Assembly: GCA_963699255.1 (NCBI GenBank) | Contig: OY969425.1 | Coordinates: 300,001 to 332,000, forward strand | Source: an uncultured bacterium | Lineage (GTDB): Bacteria > Margulisbacteria > WOR-1 > CAVSGV01 | Reading direction: 5' to 3' | Length of the DNA: 32,000 bases | Shown: piece by piece, positions 1 through 9,151 of the stretch | Layout: each line of letters opens with the position of its first letter | Position numbering within the stretch: the first letter of the stretch is position 1 | Translations under genes and position numbers: made by a program | Notes under the pieces: model-generated | What the model saw: the letters and a program-made list of their open reading frames with translations, nothing else | Told to the model about the DNA's origin: nothing | Database searches by the model: none

Positions 1-391
1 TTGCGGAGGGGGGTCCCCGAAGAACTTTCTTCTTCAGACCGAACCGCAGATACAGGAAGTCCTGATGATACCGGATGTAGGGCAGGACTACTTTTTGCAA
101 ATAACGGATGCGCGTCCCGATACCGGAGGACTTTCCGGCGCAACGCCGTCAGAAGCTGTGAGCTGGGGCAAAGTGGATCCCGACAACATTGGTGATGCGG
201 TCATTGTCTACAGCGACGCTACCATAGTGCTTCCGCTGGTGACCTCTTATCTTTTGCAGAACGTAAAGCCGAGGAAGTTGAAAAGACTGTACAAAGAAAA
301 AGGGGAGAGTCTCGATCTGCTCAAAAAAGCATTCCATAAGCACAATACTTATTTTAAGGAGATAAATGCCATCCTCGACAAAAATGCCTAA
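1..391 (+). CDS. deoxyhypusine synthase-like protein, C-terminal part (5' end lies outside the window)
   Basis: Frame 2 is open from the window edge. The translation ...[11 protein letters not shown]...[28 protein letters not shown]...[12 protein letters not shown] matches the conserved C-terminal core of the DHS family (recalled human DHS: DSGARPDEAVSWGKI...VYADASLVFPLL). Stop TAA at 389-391. Confidence 0.8.
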   Translation, partial: CGGGSPKNFLLQTEPQIQEVLMIPDVGQDYFLQITDARPDTGGLSGATPSEAVSWGKVDPDNIGDAVIVYSDATIVLPLVTSYLLQNVKPRKLKRLYKEKGESLDLLKKAFHKHNTYFKEINAILDKNA

Positions 392-1514
392 GAACCTGAA
401 GGTGCTGGCGAAAAAATACGGAACGCCCTTGCTTGTGATAGACCATGCAAGGATCAGGGATAAATACGCCCAATTCAGAAAACATCTGCCGAGGATAGGC
501 GTGTATTACGCCATAAAAGCAAATCCGGAACCGGATATAATCAAGACACTTCACGCCCTTAACAGCGGATTTGATGTCGCGAGCCAGGAAGAATTCGAGA
601 TGGTCATGGCCGCCGTGCCAAGGTCCGTGCTGAAAAAGAAGATCGATTTTGTTTACAACGACGTCATCCTCGCGAACACCATAAAGCCTGTCGAGACGCT
701 GAAGAAGATGATCCCGTACAGGACTTTGATGACCTTTGACAACCTCGATGAGTTGAAGAAGATAAAAAAGTATTGTCCCAATGCCGGGCTTATCATCAGG
801 CTGAGAGTCCCGAACATTGGTTCCGTTGTCGAGCTCTCTTCCAAATTCGGCATCGAGCCGTCCCAGGCCATGCCTCTTATAGACGCTGCGATAGGGATGG
901 GCGTGGACGTGGAGGGGATCAGCTTCCACGTTGGGAGCCAGTGTCTGAACATTGAAAATTACATGAATGCCTTTAATGCCGCCTCTGAACTCCTCAGATC
1001 CGCAAGAAGCAAAGGATATAATGTGAGGCTGATAAACATCGGCGGAGGTTTTCCGGCGAATTATGAGGGAGTGGACGTGTCGTTCCCCGCGTTCGCAAAA
1101 AAACTTTCGCAGGAGATCGACAGGCTTTTCTCGAAAGAGATCGAGATTGTGGCCGAGCCGGGCCGGTACCTTGTGGCGGAGTCGGCAAAACTGGTCGTAA
1201 AGATCATCGGCAAAGCTTACAGGGACGGCAAGACGTTCTATTACATCAATGACGGAGTATATAATACTCTGTCAGGCGTTATTTTTGACCACTGCGTATA
1301 CCATTTCCACGCTTTTAAGGGAGGCAAGGCATCGACAAGCGCCGTGGTCGGGCCGACCTGCGACGCGCTTGACACCGTTTCATTGAGCGAGAACCTGCCG
1401 GACATGGAGATCGGCGACCTATTATATGTAAATGACATCGGAGCCTACAGCAGCGCGTCGGCGACGAACTTCAATGGTTTTGCAAAGGCGAAGATAGTCC
1501 ATATCAACAAATAA
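366..1514 (+). CDS. PLP-dependent ornithine/lysine/arginine decarboxylase (alanine-racemase fold, Orn/DAP/Arg decarboxylase family 2)
   Basis: 382-aa ORF with family motifs YAIKANPEP (PLP lysine), [36 protein letters not shown] and IGAYSSA. An alternative in-frame ATG at 384 would cut the overlap with the upstream gene from 26 nt to 8 nt. Confidence 0.85.
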   Translation: MPSSTKMPKNLKVLAKKYGTPLLVIDHARIRDKYAQFRKHLPRIGVYYAIKANPEPDIIKTLHALNSGFDVASQEEFEMVMAAVPRSVLKKKIDFVYNDVILANTIKPVETLKKMIPYRTLMTFDNLDELKKIKKYCPNAGLIIRLRVPNIGSVVELSSKFGIEPSQAMPLIDAAIGMGVDVEGISFHVGSQCLNIENYMNAFNAASELLRSARSKGYNVRLINIGGGFPANYEGVDVSFPAFAKKLSQEIDRLFSKEIEIVAEPGRYLVAESAKLVVKIIGKAYRDGKTFYYINDGVYNTLSGVIFDHCVYHFHAFKGGKASTSAVVGPTCDALDTVSLSENLPDMEIGDLLYVNDIGAYSSASATNFNGFAKAKIVHINK

Positions 1515-1532
1515 AAAAGGAGTGATGATAAA

Positions 1533-3125
1533 ATGAAGAACGGTCAATTTAACGGAAAAATCCTTGTTATCGGATGCGGCTCGGTCGCACAGTGCGCCAT
1601 TCCCCTGATACCAAGGATCCTCGGAGTTCCCCATCAGAACATAAGCATAATCGATTTCGTTGATAACAGGCACCGCATAAGAGATTCGTTAAAGATGGGC
1701 ATGTCGTACGATGTGGACAGGATAACGCCGGAAAATTACTCCGTACTCTTAAAAAAATATGTCGGCCCGGGAGACCTTATCATAGACCTTGCCTGGAACA
1801 TCGAGACGAAAACGATGCTGCAGTGGTGCAGGAAGAACGGGGTCCTGTACGTTAACACATCCGTTGAAGAATGGGACCCGTATAAAGACAAAGAGAGGAA
1901 AGATCCGACCAGATACACGCTTTACTTCAGGCAGATGCAGATTAAGGAAATGATAAATAGGTGGGGGGACAACGAGGGCCCGACCGCGATAGTGGACCAC
2001 GGGGCCAACCCCGGCCTTGTATCGCATTTCACCAAGTACGCGCTGATCGACATCGCCAAAAAGATAATCAAGGAAAAGCCGGGCGATAAGAGACGCGCGT
2101 CATTGGAAGCGGCTATCAGCAATAAAGATTTTCCGATGCTCGGCATGCTGACGGGGACCAAGGTGATCCATATTTCGGAACGCGACACGCAGGTGACCAA
2201 CAGACCGAAGGAAGTGAACGAGTTCGTCAATACATGGAGCATCGAAGGATTCTATGAAGAAGGAGTTGCTCCCGCCGAGCTCGGATGGGGAACGCACGAG
2301 CGCTGGATACCCGTTGACGCGCACTTTCACAAGACCGGTCCCAGGAACCAGATATGCCTTGAGAGCATGGGAATGAAGACGTGGGTAAGATCGTGGGTGC
2401 CCTGCGGGGAAATAACGGGAATGGTCATAAGGCACGGGGAGGCTTTCAGCATTTCCGACAGGCTCACGTTATGGAAGGACGGGGAAGCAGTTTACAGGCC
2501 TACGGTTCACTACGCGTATTGTCCAAGCGACAGCGCCATTAACTCTCTGCATGAGCTCGAAATGAGGGATTTCAAGATGCAGGGAAAGCAGAGGATAATG
2601 TCGGATGAGATAATCGACGGACGGGATGAACTCGGCGTGCTTCTTATGGGGCATGATTTTAAATCCTGGTGGACCGGAAGCCTGCTTGATATCCACACCA
2701 CAAGGAAACTGGTCCCGCACCAGCAGGCGACGGTCCTTCAGGTGGCTGTCTCCGCCGTTGCTGCGGCAAAGTGGATGATACAGAACCCGAGAAAAGGCTT
2801 CAACCTGCCCGATGACATAGATCACGAGTTCATTCTTAATGTCAGCATGCCGTACATAAAGCCGTTCGTTTCACAGCCCGTTGACTGGACGCCGCTTAAG
2901 AACATGAATAAAAGATTCGTGTTCTTCGACCATAAGAAGTTCAAGAATGACGATGTCTGGCAGTTCGTGACCTTCATGGTCGACCGGGAAAAGGCGGCTC
3001 TGGCCAGGAAGAAGACAGTACAGCGAAAAAAACCTAAACTCATGGCCTCAAAGCGCTCAAAGAACGGCCTGTTAAAAAAGATGTCCCACAAAGGGCAGGG
3101 GGCTCAATTAGAGGCCCGGGTTTAG
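1533..3125 (+). CDS. hss: homospermidine synthase (bacterial HSS type) with a ~45-aa K/R-rich C-terminal extension
   Basis: 530-aa ORF with RBS AAGGAG at 1517-1522. It aligns by eye over its whole length with recalled Blastochloris viridis HSS: GCGSVAQ Rossmann start, HGANPGLVSHF, HISERDTQ, VNTWSIEGF, PAELGWGTHERW, YRPTVHYAY, ELGVLLMGH. The usual C-terminus lies near DDVWQFVTFMV. The tail REKAALARKKTVQRKKPKLMASKRSKNGLLKKMSHKG... follows. Confidence 0.9.
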   Translation: MKNGQFNGKILVIGCGSVAQCAIPLIPRILGVPHQNISIIDFVDNRHRIRDSLKMGMSYDVDRITPENYSVLLKKYVGPGDLIIDLAWNIETKTMLQWCRKNGVLYVNTSVEEWDPYKDKERKDPTRYTLYFRQMQIKEMINRWGDNEGPTAIVDHGANPGLVSHFTKYALIDIAKKIIKEKPGDKRRASLEAAISNKDFPMLGMLTGTKVIHISERDTQVTNRPKEVNEFVNTWSIEGFYEEGVAPAELGWGTHERWIPVDAHFHKTGPRNQICLESMGMKTWVRSWVPCGEITGMVIRHGEAFSISDRLTLWKDGEAVYRPTVHYAYCPSDSAINSLHELEMRDFKMQGKQRIMSDEIIDGRDELGVLLMGHDFKSWWTGSLLDIHTTRKLVPHQQATVLQVAVSAVAAAKWMIQNPRKGFNLPDDIDHEFILNVSMPYIKPFVSQPVDWTPLKNMNKRFVFFDHKKFKNDDVWQFVTFMVDREKAALARKKTVQRKKPKLMASKRSKNGLLKKMSHKGQGAQLEARV

Positions 3126-3163
3126 CAGGCGTTTTTACTTATGATTGCAGGTTTATGTAACTT

Positions 3164-3940
3164 CTAGATAACGACCTTCGGATACATATACGCGCTGATA
3201 ATCGATATGACGAATGTGGTGAACAGGAGAACCGCGATATCCAGGGGAAGCATGGACATGTTCCCTGTTACCAGAAGAGCGCGAAGCCCGTCCACCATGT
3301 AGCTTAGCGGATTCGCGTATGCGAAGATCTGAAGCCACCTGGGCATGATGCTTATCGGGTATATCGCGTTCGAGGCGAAGAAGAGTGGAAGCGTTATTAC
3401 CTGGCCTATCCCCATGAACCGCTCCCTTGTTTTCACTATCGAAGCGATGATCATCGAGAGCCCCGTGAAGAAGCCGGCGCCTAGCATCGTGATGATGACG
3501 ACCCCTAGGATTGGGAAGGGCGTCAGATTGAGATGGACCTGCAGGAGTTCGGCAAAAAGGAAAACGATCACCACCTGGCTTAACCCGCGTATGCCTGCCG
3601 AGATCATCTTTCCCAGTACAAGCGCGAGGCGCGGTGTGGGGGTAACAAGCATCTTCTGGAGCAGTCCCATATCGCGCTCCCATATGATCGCTATCCCGTA
3701 GAAGATCGCAACGAACGTTACCGATTGTGTGAGTATGCCCGGAGTTATGAACTGGAGGTAAGTATATCCTTCGGTAGGTATCGCCCTTACCTTGCTCATC
3801 GCCTCTCCAAAAATGCCCAGCCAGAGTATCGGCTGCACTGCGCGCGTGATGAGCTCGGTCGGATCGTGGATGAGCTTTCGCACTTCCATTTCAACTATTA
3901 CGCTCGATTTCATGAATATCTGTAAAAAATATCTCATCAT
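3164..3940 (-). CDS. ABC-2 type transporter permease
   Basis: 258-aa polytopic membrane ORF with about 6 hydrophobic helices. It starts 4 nt after the stop of the upstream ABC ATPase. Size and layout are typical of ABC-2/DrrB-like permeases. Confidence 0.8.
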   Translation of the reverse strand: MMRYFLQIFMKSSVIVEMEVRKLIHDPTELITRAVQPILWLGIFGEAMSKVRAIPTEGYTYLQFITPGILTQSVTFVAIFYGIAIIWERDMGLLQKMLVTPTPRLALVLGKMISAGIRGLSQVVIVFLFAELLQVHLNLTPFPILGVVIITMLGAGFFTGLSMIIASIVKTRERFMGIGQVITLPLFFASNAIYPISIMPRWLQIFAYANPLSYMVDGLRALLVTGNMSMLPLDIAVLLFTTFVISIISAYMYPKVVI

Positions 3941-3944
3941 ACTT

Positions 3945-4742
3945 CTATCCTAATCGTTGTTGATTTCTCCTCGACCTGCGTATCTCGCGAAAGCTGCTCA
4001 CGTCGTTCTGTAAATTACCCGTGAAAAAGATGAATGCATCCTCAAGATCCGCGTCTTTCTTGCCGGTCATCTCTTTCAACTCACGCACGCTGCCGATCAC
4101 CGCGATCTTGCCGGCATCCATGATGGCGACACGGTCGCTTACTTCTTCGGCTTCCTCCATGTTGTGAGTTGAAAAGAATATCGTCGTTGAGAATTTGTCG
4201 CGAAGCTCAAGGAGATGTTCCCAGACATTCTGTTTTGCGACCGGATCGAGCCCCGATGTAGGTTCATCCAGAAAAAGGACGCGTGGACGGTGAAGCATCG
4301 CCTGTCCGATCTCAAGCTTTCTGATCATTCCTCCCGAGAACTCTCTGACGAGCGAGTTGGTTGACTTTTCAAGCCGCAGGAAGGCAAGTGTTTGTTTTAC
4401 GCGCTCGCCGCATTCACGGAAAGGGATATCATATAACTTTGCCATAAGCATCAGGTTTTCATATGCGCTAAGCGAGCCGTCAACGGAGATAAGCTGGGGT
4501 ACGTATCCGATGATCCTGCGCACCTCGGCCGGATCACGGACAACGTTGTGCCCGTCGATGACCGCCTTGCCTTCAGTGGGTGCGAGAAGGGTAATGAGCA
4601 TCTTTATCGTGGTCGTCTTGCCCGCCCCGTTCGGACCGAGGAATGCGAAGATCTCTCCCTTTTGTACGCTGAAAGATATCGAGTTGACAGCGGTAAAATG
4701 CTTGAACCGCTTGGTCAGGTTTTCAACGGTGACGATATTCAT
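3945..4742 (-). CDS. ABC transporter ATP-binding protein (DrrA-like exporter ATPase)
   Basis: Walker A GPNGAGKTT, signature FSGGMIRKLEIG, Walker B VLFLDEPTSGLD, H-loop STHNMEE. Confidence 0.9.
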   Translation of the reverse strand: MNIVTVENLTKRFKHFTAVNSISFSVQKGEIFAFLGPNGAGKTTTIKMLITLLAPTEGKAVIDGHNVVRDPAEVRRIIGYVPQLISVDGSLSAYENLMLMAKLYDIPFRECGERVKQTLAFLRLEKSTNSLVREFSGGMIRKLEIGQAMLHRPRVLFLDEPTSGLDPVAKQNVWEHLLELRDKFSTTIFFSTHNMEEAEEVSDRVAIMDAGKIAVIGSVRELKEMTGKKDADLEDAFIFFTGNLQNDVSSFREIRRSRRNQQRLG

Positions 4743-4793
4743 GTTCGGCCATTATACTGACGCCCGGCCACATTCTCAAATTCGGGGGCATCA

Positions 4794-4834
4794 TTGACAA
4801 TTCACCTCACATATAATAAGATTGATGTATCAAT
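4794..4834 (+). promoter_or_regulatory. candidate sigma70-type promoter plus palindromic operator upstream of the marR-like gene
   Basis: TTGACA at 4794-4799, a 17-nt spacer, then TAAGAT at 4817-4822. The palindrome ATTGAT-GT-ATCAAT (4821-4834) overlaps the -10, and a further TTGAT half-site follows at 4837-4841. Location is the divergent intergenic region between the ABC exporter and the MarR operon. Confidence 0.35.
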
Positions 4835-4867
4835 AGTTGATTATACATATATATATCGGAGGTGTCC

Positions 4868-5293
4868 ATGTCATATTATTTTCTTCTTGAGAAATTCTTC
4901 AGGCTGAAAAAAGCCCTGAACATGAGGGCTGTTCATGAGCTTAAAGATCTGGGCATACATCCGAAACAGGCGTCAATACTCTACTGCATAAACAAATTCG
5001 GGCCGATGTCGTCCGCAAAGCTGGCGGTGCATACTCTCAGCGATCCGGCAGCCATAACACGATCGCTGGACTTACTGGTGGTCAGCGGTCTGGTGGAGAA
5101 AAAAGATTCATCGAATGACCGCCGCGCATGGGAGCTCCATCTTACTTCGAAAGGCGAAAAAATGGCCAGGGAGATCGGTCATAAGCAGGAGATGCTCGCC
5201 ACCGAGATATTCAGCAAGTTGTCTGCCAAAGACAGGGCGGCTTTTTCAGGCCTGCTGGATATGGTCGCTGATGTCGTTGAGGAAAAGCCTTAA
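4868..5293 (+). CDS. MarR family transcriptional regulator
   Basis: Winged-helix MarR pattern: KQASILYCI..GPMSSAKLAVHTLSDPAAITRSLDLLVVSGLVEKKDSSNDRRAWELHLTSKGEK. ATG 4868 sits 5-6 nt after GGAGG (4858-4862). The ORF track begins 6 nt earlier at GTG 4862. Confidence 0.85.
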   Translation: MSYYFLLEKFFRLKKALNMRAVHELKDLGIHPKQASILYCINKFGPMSSAKLAVHTLSDPAAITRSLDLLVVSGLVEKKDSSNDRRAWELHLTSKGEKMAREIGHKQEMLATEIFSKLSAKDRAAFSGLLDMVADVVEEKP

Positions 5294-5312
5294 ATAGAAA
5301 AGGAGAGATAAG

Positions 5313-6155
5313 ATGGATGAAAATAAACCGGAGCATCACAATAAACCATGGCATAAGAGGGAAAGAGTAAAGTGGTTTGCGGCAGCACTTATAGTGCTTG
5401 TATTGATAGGATTTGTCGCCTGGTGGGTCCTTTTCAGGTCATATGTATCAACAAATGATTCAAGAATTGCCATGAATATCATAAGGGTGTCGCCGGTCGG
5501 GGTTGGCGGGACCATCGAAAAAGTCATGGCGGAAGAGGGAGATGCTGTAAAGGAAGGGCAGGTGATCGCTGAAATAGACCACAGAGTGCCTGAAGCGAAT
5601 TACCAGAAAGCGAAAGCTAAATTCGAGCTAGCAAACGCTGAGCTTAAACGCCTAAAAGGTCTTTACGGCAAAAATTTCGCCTCAAAAAGAGATCTCGACA
5701 ATGCCAAAATGAACTATGATATCGCGGAAGCCGAACTCAGACTGACGGAAGTGAACCTTCAGAACACGTACCTGAAAAGCCCTATGGACGGGATCGTCAT
5801 ACAAAAGCTCGCGTTTCCGGGCAATTTACTCGAGCCCGATCAGGTTGCGGTAATAATAGCCGATGTTGACCATGCCTGGGTCAGCGCTAACATAGAAGAG
5901 ACCCGTATCGCGCAGGTGAAACCCGGCCAGTTCGTAACGATACACATTGATGAAGGCGGGACGCTGACAGGAAGGGTGCAGGAGATAACATCCGCTACCG
6001 CGTCGCAGTTCTCGCTTCTCCCGACCGAGAACGCGTCTGGCAATTTCACAAAAGTCGTTCAGAAGATCCCGATAAAGATAGCACTTGATCCTCACCCTGG
6101 CATAAGGACCCTTCGAGCGGGCCAGTCGGTTACAATAAAGATCAGGGTCAGGTAA
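5313..6155 (+). CDS. HlyD/EmrA-type membrane fusion (periplasmic adaptor) protein
   Basis: N-terminal TM anchor, lipoyl-like hairpin GTIEKVMAEEGDAVKEGQVIAEID, coiled-coil segment, and beta-barrel segment VSANIEETRIAQVKPGQFVTIHID. RBS AAGGAGAG lies upstream. Its stop abuts the MFS gene start. Confidence 0.85.
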   Translation: MDENKPEHHNKPWHKRERVKWFAAALIVLVLIGFVAWWVLFRSYVSTNDSRIAMNIIRVSPVGVGGTIEKVMAEEGDAVKEGQVIAEIDHRVPEANYQKAKAKFELANAELKRLKGLYGKNFASKRDLDNAKMNYDIAEAELRLTEVNLQNTYLKSPMDGIVIQKLAFPGNLLEPDQVAVIIADVDHAWVSANIEETRIAQVKPGQFVTIHIDEGGTLTGRVQEITSATASQFSLLPTENASGNFTKVVQKIPIKIALDPHPGIRTLRAGQSVTIKIRVR

Positions 6156-6156
6156 A

Positions 6157-7724
6157 ATGACCCGGAAGCCTTTATCTCCGGACCCGAATTATAAATGGAG
6201 CGTCCTGATCATAGTCATGATCGGCATGGTAATGGCGATGCTTGATTCAAGCATCGTGAACGTTTCGATCCCGAAGATAATGGCTGATTTCGGTTCCAGC
6301 GTCGCGGACATCGAATGGGTCGTTACCGCGTACATGCTCGGGTTCGCCGTCCTCATGCCTCTTACCGCCTGGTTCAGGGACAGGGTAGGGCACAAACTCC
6401 TTTACTCGATGAGCCTTATCGTATTCACCGTGGGATCCCTTTTGTGCGGGCTTGCATGGAACCTTCCCTCGCTTATCGCGGCAAGGGTCATACAATCGTT
6501 CGGCGGAGGAGCCATGAATCCCACGGGCATGGCCATGATCGCCGAAGCGTTCGATGCAAGGGAGCGGGGAAAGGCCATGGGATATTTCGGGGTGGCGATA
6601 GTTCTCGGACCCGCGCTCGGACCCACACTGGGAGGATTCCTTACCGAGGTGTTCGGCTGGAGGTCCGTTTTTCTGGTGAATCTCCCCATAGGGATCATCA
6701 ACATGATTATGGCAATGGAAATGCTGGTCCCGGACAGGCCCGGGCCCGAATCGCATAAGCCTTTTGACATGTGGGGTTTTGTTTTTCTTACCATCTTCCT
6801 TATCTCTTTTCTTCTCGGGATGTCCAGGGGAGAGACGGAAGGCTGGACTTCTAGATATATAATGATCTGCGCGGCGCTTGCGGCGATCAGTTTTTCAAGT
6901 TTTATCATCACGGAAACTCTTGTCCGCGACAGGATAATGGACCTTGGTCTGTTCAGGCATCCTGTATTCAGCGTTGCCATGCTTATTTCCGCCATCAGGA
7001 GTGTCGCACTTTTTGGAGGAGTATTCCTTTTACCTTTATTTCTTCAACAGTTAAAAGGTCTGTCCGCGGTCCAGAGCGGCCTCATCCTTATGCCGGGCAC
7101 GCTGGTGATGGCGCTGGTAATGCCTGTTGTTGGATTTATTACCGGCAAGGTAAGTCCTCGTTTTTTGGCAATGGTTGGACTAACTATACTTGCTTACTCA
7201 ATGTTCATGTACAAGGATATCAGTATTTATATGAGCAACTGGGATATTGTTTTTCCAACGATGGTAAGGGGTGTGGGTATGTGCCTTCTTATGGCGCCGA
7301 TAATGACGCTGGCACTGAATTCGATCCCGCGTCATAAGGCGGGGATGGCTTCATCCATGATGAGCATCATCCAGCAGGTCGGGGGCGCGATCGGGATAGC
7401 GCTGCTGTCCACCGTCCTTGATAACAGGACCAAATTCCACACGAACAATATGGGGCCGATGATACAGTCCGGCACCCGAAATTCATCGAGACGATAAATG
7501 CGATAGCTTCCCGGGCCCATGTTATCGGCATGACGAATTTAAATTCGGTCCTGGCCGCGAAAACAGCCGTGATGAAATATTTTTATATGGCGATGATGGG
7601 ATATGGATTCCAGGATGCTTTTGTTTTCGCTACCGGGCTCATAGTTCTGTCGCTGATCCCAACACTGCTTCTTCCTAACAAGAACGTGATACATCACTCG
7701 CAGGATAGCGTCATAATGGAGTAA
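6157..7724 (+). pseudogene. DHA2 (EmrB/QacA-type) MFS efflux permease with a broken reading frame (parts 6157-7497 and 7425-7724)
   Basis: The N-terminal 446 aa carry the EmrB-like LDSSIVNVSIPKI motif and about 13 TM helices, then end in ...MIQSGTRNSSRR*. Frame 3 is open from 7425 and reads ...HPKFIETINAIASRAHVIGMTNLNSVLAAKTAVMKYFYMAMMGYGFQDAFVFATGLIVLSLIPTLLL. That is the expected periplasmic loop plus the last TM helix of a 14-TM DHA2 pump. One missing base near 7468-7476 would restore a single ORF. Confidence 0.8.
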
Positions 7725-7751
7725 GCTGGTTTTGGATTATTTACGCTTCTT

Positions 7752-8330
7752 TTACAAGTTTTCCGCCAGTACTTCGTAATAAGCCTGAGGGTGTTTACAG
7801 GCAGGGCATTGTTTGGGCGCTTCTTCTCCTTCATATATATAGCCGCAGTTGATGCAGTGCCATTTTACAGTTTTCTTTTTCTTGAAAACTTCGCCGTTCG
7901 CGATATTGCTGATAAGTTTCCTGTATCTTGACTCGTGGAATTTCTCGACCTTGGCGACCTGGTCGAAAGTGTTCGCGATGTCTGAAAAGCCTTCATCACG
8001 GGCGATCCTGCTGAAATCCGAATAAAGGGTCGTCCATTCCAGGTTTTCTCCGGCAGCCGCTTCTTCCAGATTGGACTTTGTGTCTTTGATCATTCCCGCG
8101 GGATAACTGGCTGTGATCTCTAAGTCCCCTCCCTCCAGGGCTTTAAAGAATAGCTTGGCATGTTCCTTTTCGTTCTCGGCCGTCTCGGTAAAGATATTGG
8201 CGATCTGCTCAAAACCTTCTTTCCTTGCCGCGCTCGCGAAATAGGTGTAACGGTTGCGCGCCTGCGATTCCCCCGCGAACGCCTTTAAAAGATTCTGCTC
8301 TGTCTTGGTTCCTTTCAGTGATTTTCCCAT
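7752..8330 (-). CDS. rbr: rubrerythrin
   Basis: Ferritin-like diiron domain (EQNLLKAFAGESQARNRY, ENEKEHAKLF, ...EKFHESRYRKL) plus a C-terminal rubredoxin-type CINCGY...CPACKHP. Strong RBS AAGGAGGG. Confidence 0.95.
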   Translation of the reverse strand: MGKSLKGTKTEQNLLKAFAGESQARNRYTYFASAARKEGFEQIANIFTETAENEKEHAKLFFKALEGGDLEITASYPAGMIKDTKSNLEEAAAGENLEWTTLYSDFSRIARDEGFSDIANTFDQVAKVEKFHESRYRKLISNIANGEVFKKKKTVKWHCINCGYIYEGEEAPKQCPACKHPQAYYEVLAENL

Positions 8331-8356
8331 ATAATTCCCTCCTTATTTCCGGATAT

Positions 8357-8566
8357 TCAGACAATGATCTTGGAAGCCTTCTGTTTATCAATAATTTCTA
8401 AAAGGCCCGCGTCAGGTTTATTTGATCCGTCACCAGGGACCTGGCTCCACTCCGCGCCCTCTTTCTTTGTGTCGAGGTTCCGGTTCTCTTGTCCAGCAAT
8501 ATCTTTTTGAGCGAGCCTAAAAGACCAGGTTCCAAGCTTGTTTCCGACCCTATTAATAATGGTCAT
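8357..8566 (-). CDS. hypothetical 69-aa protein upstream of rubrerythrin
   Basis: The ORF has RBS GGGGGTGAG 5-6 nt before its ATG and ends 26 nt before the rbr start on the same strand. I recognise no motif. Confidence 0.45.
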   Translation of the reverse strand: MTIINRVGNKLGTWSFRLAQKDIAGQENRNLDTKKEGAEWSQVPGDGSNKPDAGLLEIIDKQKASKIIV

Positions 8567-8778
8567 CTAACTCACCCCCGAATCATTCCGGTCATTATTT
8601 TATAGTAATTCCAAAAAAAAGCAAACTCACCGAAACTTACTCTTCCTAAAAGATATAAGCCCGTCAGAAAGTCGACTTTTCTAATGACATTCTAAGCTTT
8701 CTTTAATGGCGTTTTAATCCGGCCGTGATAACATTCTGCGCGGGAAGATCAAATATAAGAACCGAGGAGGTGATACAA

Positions 8779-9036
8779 GTGAAAAAGAGTTTTACAGCAT
8801 TATTCATGTTGCTATTGGTCCTAGGCTGTTTCTCGGCAAATGTCGTTTTTGCAGATCAGGTAGCGGTGAGTCAGGAAGCTCAAAAGGTAAAACAGGACAG
8901 AAAGCAGTTAAAACAGGATAAGAAAGCCCTCAAAGCAGCCAAAAAGGCGGCCAGAAAGGCAAAACGTGCGGCAAGGAAGCAGCAAAAGCAGGGAACAAGC
9001 GAGGCCACACCGGCTCCGGTCCAAACAAATCAGTGA
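8779..9036 (+). CDS. small exported (possibly lipo-) protein with a lysine/arginine-rich helical tail
   Basis: GTG 8779 sits 8 nt after GAGGAGG (8764-8770). Signal peptide KKSFTALFMLLLVLGCFSANVVFA contains a VLGC lipobox-like site. The mature part is K/R/Q/A-rich (KQLKQDKKALKAAKKAARKAKRAARKQQKQ). A terminator follows. Confidence 0.6.
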   Translation: MKKSFTALFMLLLVLGCFSANVVFADQVAVSQEAQKVKQDRKQLKQDKKALKAAKKAARKAKRAARKQQKQGTSEATPAPVQTNQ

Positions 9037-9055
9037 TCACTGAAACATAAATATA

Positions 9056-9090
9056 AAGCCGAGGGGACTTAAACCCTTCGGCTTTTGTTT
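9056..9090 (+). terminator. rho-independent terminator
   Basis: AAGCCGAGGGG-ACTTAAA-CCCTTCGGCTT stem-loop with one bulged T, followed by TTTGTTT. It lies directly after the stop at 9036. Confidence 0.6.
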
Positions 9091-9127
9091 GTAAAACCCC
9101 AATAGGAACGGATGGTGGGTTAGTCTG

Positions 9128-9137
9128 CGTATCAAGG
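9128..9137. repeat. left copy of the 10-bp direct repeat CGTATCAAGG
   Basis: Read directly from the sequence. Identical to 14545-14554. The flanking bases differ on both sides. Confidence 0.6.
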
Positions 9138-9151
9138 ATCCGAAATAATTT

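Noticed and set aside
354-929. 191-aa minus-strand ORF, and likewise 653-952, 994-1188 and 1241-1438
   Set aside because: They lie antisense to the well-supported decarboxylase gene, are Arg/His/Gly-rich, and have no motifs. They are typical shadow ORFs.
3126-3163. Bidirectional terminator between the convergent hss and ABC-2 permease genes
   Set aside because: I could not find a convincing GC-rich stem-loop or a U/A tract in the 38-bp gap.
6247-6995. Minus-strand ORFs 6247-6756 and 6402-6995, and plus-strand ORF 6315-6758
   Set aside because: They lie entirely within the MFS pump gene in other frames and have biased composition. The MFS frame has clear family motifs.
8725-8778. N-terminal extension of the lysine-rich protein ORF (track start GTG 8725)
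   Set aside because: GAGGAGG at 8764-8770 lies inside this extension at ideal spacing for GTG 8779. The signal peptide begins at 8779, and the upstream residues are not signal-like.
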